Positions 26,045 to 32,000 of a DNA stretch of 32,000 bases are shown here, piece by piece. The notes beneath the pieces were generated by a model. That model had not been told where the DNA came from. It saw nothing but the letters and a program-made list of their open reading frames with translations, and did no database searches. Position numbers and translations under genes: made by a program. Source of the DNA: Candidatus Helarchaeota ASGARD archaeon Hel_GB_B (GTDB taxonomy: Archaea > Asgardarchaeota > Lokiarchaeia > Helarchaeales > HEL-GB-B). Each line of letters opens with the position of its first letter. The stretch's first letter is position 1. Location: assembly GCA_005191425.1 (NCBI GenBank), contig SUPR01000029.1:1-32000 (forward strand), given 5' to 3'.

Positions 26045-26096
26045 AAACTGTCAGCAAAAAATTATAATTTATTAGATCAATTCAAGAAGACGTATT

Positions 26097-26471
26097 ATGA
26101 GTTATGATAATTCTAAAAAGGAATTGTTAAAGCTAATCTTAAAATTACAAGATAACTTTATAATTCATAAGAATACAGCAATTGAATTTTTAAAACGGAA
26201 TGGTTTCACTGATATTGATATTATATCCGAAAATTTATTGGGCTTAATTAAATATGATAATAAAATATATTATATCAGTAAGAATTTTGGCTTATTAAAC
26301 CATGACCTAATTAAACTCTGTAAAAAAATCTTAAAAACAAATAGAGACCTTGTTTTTCTATGGCCTAAAACAGAATTAGAATATCCTGAAAAGATCCCAA
26401 TTTTTGTAATGGCACAAAGAGACCTTGGCATATTAGTTTATTCAGAAAACAAGGCCCTAATAGAAAAATAG
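26097..26471 (+). CDS. Hypothetical protein, 124 aa
   Basis: ATG start, protein-like composition, followed by T-rich sequence. No recognisable family. Confidence 0.6.
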   Translation: MSYDNSKKELLKLILKLQDNFIIHKNTAIEFLKRNGFTDIDIISENLLGLIKYDNKIYYISKNFGLLNHDLIKLCKKILKTNRDLVFLWPKTELEYPEKIPIFVMAQRDLGILVYSENKALIEK

Positions 26472-26848
26472 TTGATATTCATTTTAATATTAATTTTTTT
26501 CTTTTCTACTTTTTAATTTTAGAATTAATATATTTGTAGTCATAGAATTTTAAGATCTAATCAAACCACAAATAAATGCTATTAATTTAATCTAATAGAA
26601 TATTATTAATTTTTAGTCTGAATTGTATATTATTTTCTTCTTGAAAACGAAAATGAATATAATTTCAATTATAAATCCGTTTCTTTAAATTAATTTTATC
26701 CTCAATATATGTTTTCTCTTCATTTATTAAGTATTTTTTAATTATTTGAAAATAAATTTACTAAATTATAAGACATTTATAGTAAAAATTCATTTATAAT
26801 ATTTAATGTAATAAATATTTTCAATTTTTTAATAGGTGTATTATTAAG

Positions 26849-29800
26849 ATGAGAATTTCAGTTAATAATCACAAGGTAAAATCTACGTTTTTAATATTAA
26901 TTTTGGCTTTTATGATATTTGTTAATTTGTTTGCTTTAAATTATATTATCCCATATTCTCGATATTCAAATAATAAATTAAACAGCAAAAAAAGCAATAA
27001 TTTCATTCAAAATAGTAATTCAGGATTTGTTGAAAGCCCAATTACTAATCCTAATTCATTATACGCTGAAAATAATACTAATGCTGTCTTAACCTGTAAT
27101 AAAACTCAAAGTTTTTTAGGTAGGACGCCGCACTTAATTAAAATAAATACTTATAACTGGAATTTTACGGCAACTAAATTAGGTTTTTTCGGTATCTCTC
27201 AAAATTATACATTAATAGTAGAAGATATTGCAGAAGACCATAATAACATTTTTCAGGAGGATGTTTATGATGAATGGGCACAAGGTTTCAGCTTAAATGC
27301 ACAATTCAGTAGGATAAATAAAATTGGACTTTATCTACAATATAGAGGAAAATATGATTTATGGGTAGAGGTGTATAATGCGACCGATACCGGAGATTTA
27401 TCTTTAGAACCGGATAAATTACTAATGAAATCTGAAACAGTTACTATTGAAAATCTATTCAATGCTAAAAGCGAGTTTATAATTTTTAATTTTCAAAGCA
27501 ATAAAATAATTAACAATTCAGAAACATGTGATAATACCTTTTTTATAATTCTAAATGGGACGAAAACCGGTGGTATATATGCATTTGTTGAATGGTGGTA
27601 TGCAGACGATGAAAAGGGAATAGACAACGGTGATGCATTGGAATATAAAAATAATAGATGGGAACTTAATTCGATTGATTATTATTCTATAATAAATTTA
27701 ACTCAACTGTTTTTCCCTGAAGATATTAATATGAAAATAAATGATTCAGCAACAACAACAATTGATGTATTAAATGGGGCTTCTCCTGGTCGGGGGCATG
27801 TTTCATTTTCTAAATTTATTCCAAACTCAAATGTTTCAATCTTAGTGACTTCGACTACTTTTGTTAATTTCATGGCAATTTCAAATACAAGATTGAGTAA
27901 TTCTTCACATGCATTAACTCAGTTTTATGCAGGTTCACAATTACCGACCGTAAATATAAACATAAGTCTTTATGCTCACTTTATCATTGATTCATTTGCA
28001 AAAAAATTGAATATAACATTACAAAAAAGCTGGAATGTTTCATTAATTAGTGCTAGCCAATTAATTCTTAGTAGTTCTGATTGGAAGCGTTCAGGGAATT
28101 ATTTATTAATAAATGCAAGCGATAATTTTTACGCAATAAAATGTATAGATCACAATTATATTGGTAATATTATACTAAATACCTATAAGGATTCTCTTTT
28201 TATAAATCATAATTTAACTGTTAATAATACATTTAGGATATATAATTCAATAACTCCCATTAATTTAACAATTTATAATTCGTCAGATAGACTAATCCAC
28301 ACTCAAAAGAAATTACCCAGTAATTATTACTGTTCATTTGACCCCTATAATATGACTTCAAATGGGATGTTTAAAATAATTTTAAAGTGGTTCAATGGCA
28401 CTTCAATAGGTTATAACTTTTCAAATATAGAGGTACAATACCACGCGGACTTTTATGAAATATCTGACAATATTAATCAATCAAAACCGTTTCAAGCTGG
28501 AGAATTGGTATTAGTAGACGCATTTTATAATAATACTGAATTAAACTGTGGTATATTAAATGCGTCCAGCGACATTTCTATTAATATGACAAGCAGAACT
28601 CAATACAATGTATCAGAATTTGGTGGTGGGTATTATAATATTACCATATATACAAACCAACTTACTTCAAAAAATTATACTTTAGTAATTTCTGCTCATA
28701 AAGTTGGATACGAGGAGTCAAATTTTTCGATAAGATTTCAGATCATTACTCATTTTAATGCTACAATGAATATCACAGGATATTATGGAAATGTATTTAG
28801 AAATGGGTCATGGTGGGTGCACCCAAATCCTTATTTTAGTGACAATACGCATAAAATTCAGATTATTTATAAGAACGGTACTGCGCCCTATGATGGAATT
28901 TATCCTGCAGCAATATATGCATATCCAAATTGGTCTTCAGATGTCTGGTATGGGAACCCTTTTGATACTTTTGGTCGATATGATATAACATTAGATACAA
29001 CAGGGCTCCACGAAGGCGATAAAGGTGAAATAACCATTATTGCAACATCAAATATGTTTGAAACAAAAGAGATAAGAATATTTTTCAAGATAGATGAAAT
29101 ACCCGAGAATTTATTATCATTTGATATAAATGGATTTGAGGAAATTACAGCTTATGAAGGTGAAACAATCCAAATTGCAGCAAGTTTTATTGACGATTTT
29201 CATGGGAAAGACATTGTGTTTGAAAATGATACAGAAGGTAATTTGACTTGGTACATACCCGGTACAACTGCAACGGGTCTAATGAGTAAAATAATCCACA
29301 CTTATATGGATTCAATTGAACTTCCTTCCTATAATATTACCGGAGGAGATTATAACATTACAATAAAAGCCCAAGCATTGCGAGATTATGCAACTAAGGA
29401 AGTTAATATATCACTTCATGTCTTGAATAAAGAGCCCACTAATATAAATATAACATATTATACTGAATCAGATGTCCGAATTGGGAAGCCATTATACATA
29501 TATTCTACTTTATCTTTTAGTAATGGGACCAGATTAAATTATAAAATGCTTGAATTTAACCTTACATATTTAAATAATACAATTATCATAGATTCAGTTA
29601 ACACAACGATATTAACAGATAGTAATGGTGTTGCTACTTATTTTATTTCTGAATTGCCTGACAATATAAATAAAATTCGGGTGAATTGCAGCTATTCAGG
29701 AACAGAAAAAATTGCAGAAACTAAAGGGTCTAGAATTATTAATGTACTGGACAAATATGTGACTTTTATTAATATTACTGCAGAATATTACAATGATATT

Positions 29801-31849
29801 AGAGTTGGAAGAAATATATCATTTCACGCTAACCTTACAAGCCTAGATTTCGGGCCTATGATAGGTACAAGCGTTATATTTAACATAACATATCTATTTT
29901 ATACAGGAAATAGCAGTTTACTTGTTTATAAATCATTTGGGACCAATGAAAATGGTACTGCCAGTTATAGCATTGAACATATTCCTGATGGTGTTAAGAA
30001 AATCTATATTTCAGTAAAATATTTAGGAACAAATACATATCATTCTTGCTCTGACTTTAAAAATTATTCCGTAAATAAGAAATTTAATACCTCTCTTGAA
30101 TTAATATCTGCACTCCCCCAAGAAGTTATGGTAGGTAATTATATCTTTTTAGAAGTTAAGTTGACTAACACTGAAAATGGCGTTCCAATCTCAAAAGCTA
30201 CCATTAATTTCAAAATTTTATTCGATAATGGCTATTCATTGACCCAAAAGTCCACCACATTAACTACGGGGATAGCAATATCAAACATTAAAATACCCAA
30301 TGAAGCGTCAAATGCACAATATTTTACTGTGTCTATTGATTATGAAGGTGATTATTCAATAGTAAATGCATCGTTTATTTCACATGCCCGGATAAATGTT
30401 TTAACACCAGTTCGATTATTTGTCCGTAATCTTCCATTTATTCTTACTGTAGTGGCAATTGGGGTAGCCTCAGTTCTTACTTATCAATTTACAATTAGAG
30501 CTCCTAGAATTAGACGAAAAATCCGTAGAATGAGAGAAGTTAATCAGAAATTTTCTGATATTTTGAATGTCCAACACCTGATGATTTTATATAAAGAAAC
30601 TGGAATAACAATCTATAACCATTCATTTCAAGAAAGAACTTTTGATCCCGACTTAATTTCTGGCTTTCTAACGGCTATTGCTTCATTTCAAACTGGCTCT
30701 CATATTAAAACAGGAAAAGATGCAATTACAAGCGGTTTTGAACTAACATATGCTAATTTTATTATTTTAGTTGAAGAAGGAAATTATACCAGAGTTGGAC
30801 TCATATTAGACCAAAAACCATCAAGTGAACTAAGACAGTCTTTAAGAAAATTTCTGAATTTATTTGAGAATAAATATGAAAAAGAATTAAAGCAGTTTTC
30901 TGGTTATATAAAGCCTTTTAAAAATTCTGGTAAACTAGTAGAACAAGTATTTGAAGCATCCTTGATTTGGCCACATAGAGTAAACCCAAATATTACAAGT
31001 GAAATGGAGAAAAATCTAACAAATTTCGAGAGCATGATTTTAACCTTAGCATTGACAATTCAAAAAGAAAAAAGCTTTTTTATGACCCCAGCATTGATTG
31101 AAGCAGTACTGGAAGTTAAAAAAACAAAAACTGAAGAAATTCTGGCAGCCTTCGATGACTTAAGAAAAAAGAATATCTTTATACCCTTTCCATTAGAGGA
31201 ATTGGCAAAAATTATTGAAGAAGATAAAGAAAAAAGTCAAATAGTTGATATTACAACAAAATTAGAGGATGATGAAGAAATAGTCCCCCCAATAAAAGGT
31301 GTCCCCAAAAAAGATATGGTATATTTAAATAAACATCTAAAATTAACGAATTATGTCTTCCAAAAATGGTTTTTAAATGAACTCTCAAAAACACCATTAC
31401 CTGAAATAACTAATTACATAAAGAAAATAATTAATAATTGGAAAAAGAATAAAGATGAAATTACATCATTAATGAATAAAGCAAAAAATTCCAAAGAAAA
31501 AGGCGACCTCGTTAGTGCAGTAGAAATATTCGACGAAGCTAAAAAATATGCCGAAGAAATTGGTCTTGAAGATAAAGCAACTGAAATTTCCAATAAAATC
31601 CATGAAACTCTTGAAATTATGAAAAATAATGTTCCATTAAAATATGAAAAATTAATTAATAAATTCCTAAACGAAATAAATGAAATTAATAAAAAAGCAG
31701 AAATTGAAGTCAATAATAAAAACTTCATCAATGTCTGTATTTTATATATCAAAGCAGCCCATTTATCGCTCCAAATTGGTGATAGCAAAACAGCCCAATT
31801 ATATCTTGATGAAATTGTAAAATATGAAAAAAATCTTGAAGACCTTTAA
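26849..31849 (+). CDS. Receptor-like single-pass surface glycoprotein: large Ig-like ectodomain, TM helix, cytoplasmic longin-like and helical domains
   Basis: N-terminal signal/TM; about 50 N-x-S/T sequons by manual count before the TM (LPFILTVVAIGVASVLTYQFTI); three ~108-aa repeats starting near 29471, 29795 and 30122; cytoplasmic VQHLMILYKETGITIY...DPDLISGFLTAIASF domain; helical TPR-like C-terminus. Confidence 0.85.
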   Translation: MRISVNNHKVKSTFLILILAFMIFVNLFALNYIIPYSRYSNNKLNSKKSNNFIQNSNSGFVESPITNPNSLYAENNTNAVLTCNKTQSFLGRTPHLIKINTYNWNFTATKLGFFGISQNYTLIVEDIAEDHNNIFQEDVYDEWAQGFSLNAQFSRINKIGLYLQYRGKYDLWVEVYNATDTGDLSLEPDKLLMKSETVTIENLFNAKSEFIIFNFQSNKIINNSETCDNTFFIILNGTKTGGIYAFVEWWYADDEKGIDNGDALEYKNNRWELNSIDYYSIINLTQLFFPEDINMKINDSATTTIDVLNGASPGRGHVSFSKFIPNSNVSILVTSTTFVNFMAISNTRLSNSSHALTQFYAGSQLPTVNINISLYAHFIIDSFAKKLNITLQKSWNVSLISASQLILSSSDWKRSGNYLLINASDNFYAIKCIDHNYIGNIILNTYKDSLFINHNLTVNNTFRIYNSITPINLTIYNSSDRLIHTQKKLPSNYYCSFDPYNMTSNGMFKIILKWFNGTSIGYNFSNIEVQYHADFYEISDNINQSKPFQAGELVLVDAFYNNTELNCGILNASSDISINMTSRTQYNVSEFGGGYYNITIYTNQLTSKNYTLVISAHKVGYEESNFSIRFQIITHFNATMNITGYYGNVFRNGSWWVHPNPYFSDNTHKIQIIYKNGTAPYDGIYPAAIYAYPNWSSDVWYGNPFDTFGRYDITLDTTGLHEGDKGEITIIATSNMFETKEIRIFFKIDEIPENLLSFDINGFEEITAYEGETIQIAASFIDDFHGKDIVFENDTEGNLTWYIPGTTATGLMSKIIHTYMDSIELPSYNITGGDYNITIKAQALRDYATKEVNISLHVLNKEPTNINITYYTESDVRIGKPLYIYSTLSFSNGTRLNYKMLEFNLTYLNNTIIIDSVNTTILTDSNGVATYFISELPDNINKIRVNCSYSGTEKIAETKGSRIINVLDKYVTFINITAEYYNDIRVGRNISFHANLTSLDFGPMIGTSVIFNITYLFYTGNSSLLVYKSFGTNENGTASYSIEHIPDGVKKIYISVKYLGTNTYHSCSDFKNYSVNKKFNTSLELISALPQEVMVGNYIFLEVKLTNTENGVPISKATINFKILFDNGYSLTQKSTTLTTGIAISNIKIPNEASNAQYFTVSIDYEGDYSIVNASFISHARINVLTPVRLFVRNLPFILTVVAIGVASVLTYQFTIRAPRIRRKIRRMREVNQKFSDILNVQHLMILYKETGITIYNHSFQERTFDPDLISGFLTAIASFQTGSHIKTGKDAITSGFELTYANFIILVEEGNYTRVGLILDQKPSSELRQSLRKFLNLFENKYEKELKQFSGYIKPFKNSGKLVEQVFEASLIWPHRVNPNITSEMEKNLTNFESMILTLALTIQKEKSFFMTPALIEAVLEVKKTKTEEILAAFDDLRKKNIFIPFPLEELAKIIEEDKEKSQIVDITTKLEDDEEIVPPIKGVPKKDMVYLNKHLKLTNYVFQKWFLNELSKTPLPEITNYIKKIINNWKKNKDEITSLMNKAKNSKEKGDLVSAVEIFDEAKKYAEEIGLEDKATEISNKIHETLEIMKNNVPLKYEKLINKFLNEINEINKKAEIEVNNKNFINVCILYIKAAHLSLQIGDSKTAQLYLDEIVKYEKNLEDL

Positions 31850-31870
31850 TTTTTTTTATTCTTTTTTTTG
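31850..31870 (+). terminator. Oligo-T archaeal terminator-like tract
   Basis: tttttttattctttttttttg-type T runs immediately after the stop of the 1666-aa ORF. Confidence 0.4.
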
Positions 31871-32000
31871 ATTCAATTTTCTAATGAAAATAACGATAAA
31901 TTTTCACATAAAAAATCATTATAAAATCTCAATAGTTTCTAATCATTTGAATAATTTAATTTATGTTTAAATTAAAATACTAACTTGTTTTGTTTAATTT

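Noticed and set aside
26097-26471. YraN/PD-(D/E)XK nuclease call for the 124-aa ORF (AIEFLKRNGFTDIDII)
   Set aside because: No E-x-K motif follows and the similarity is too short to support.
1750-31788. Small antisense or alternate-frame ORFs nested in long genes (1750, 2911, 4972, 8695, 9078, 9432, 9888, 13401, 14746, 16156, 16636, 17559, 18591, 28785, 28900, 31414)
   Set aside because: Largely or fully overlapping better-supported genes, with the S/F/I-rich composition expected of shadow frames.
1-32000. tRNA, rRNA, transposase, integrase or reverse transcriptase
   Set aside because: No GC-rich structured segments, cloverleaf signatures, terminal inverted repeats or catalytic motifs were seen on reading; tRNAscan/Infernal would be needed to exclude small RNAs formally.

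Overview
Very AT-rich archaeal DNA (roughly a quarter GC by eye, not computed), most likely from an Asgard archaeon (Loki/Hel-like). The assignment is inferred from two 'DxxLISG[FY]LTAIxSF' longin-like domains, archaeal RadA/RadB/FEN1/XPD and GGTGA/GGAGG ribosome-binding sites. In order the window holds: (i) the 5' end of a coiled-coil heptad/hendecad-repeat gene missing from the ORF track; (ii) a membrane/surface gene cluster (1154-8779) containing a membrane-anchored VirB4/HerA-like ATPase with a degenerate P-loop and a small two-helix, pilin-sized protein; (iii) a gene fusing an apparently catalytically dead two-motif LAGLIDADG domain to a TFE-alpha-like winged helix and Zn ribbon; (iv) a recombination/repair cluster (FEN1, Ski2/Hel308-like helicase with SWIM and longin domains, XPD, divergent RadA, RadB) interleaved with membrane proteins, one or two of which repeat the N-terminal domain of the VirB4-like protein; (v) a B12-binding radical SAM enzyme, an orphan acyl-CoA dehydratase activase and a 1666-aa receptor-like surface protein with a cytoplasmic longin-like domain. 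A 14-bp exact motif (22-bp consensus TTTTGCAATGAGTG-N4-AAAT) occurs in three intergenic regions, each in the same orientation to the downstream gene and 67-68 nt before a TATA-like box; one copy precedes the LAGLIDADG-TFE gene itself. The leading hypothesis (inference only) is a domesticated homing-endonuclease/TFE transcription factor controlling a surface or DNA-transfer module that lies next to a recombination gene set. No tRNA, rRNA, CRISPR array or transposase was seen. All family assignments come from motif recognition by eye, without database searches.
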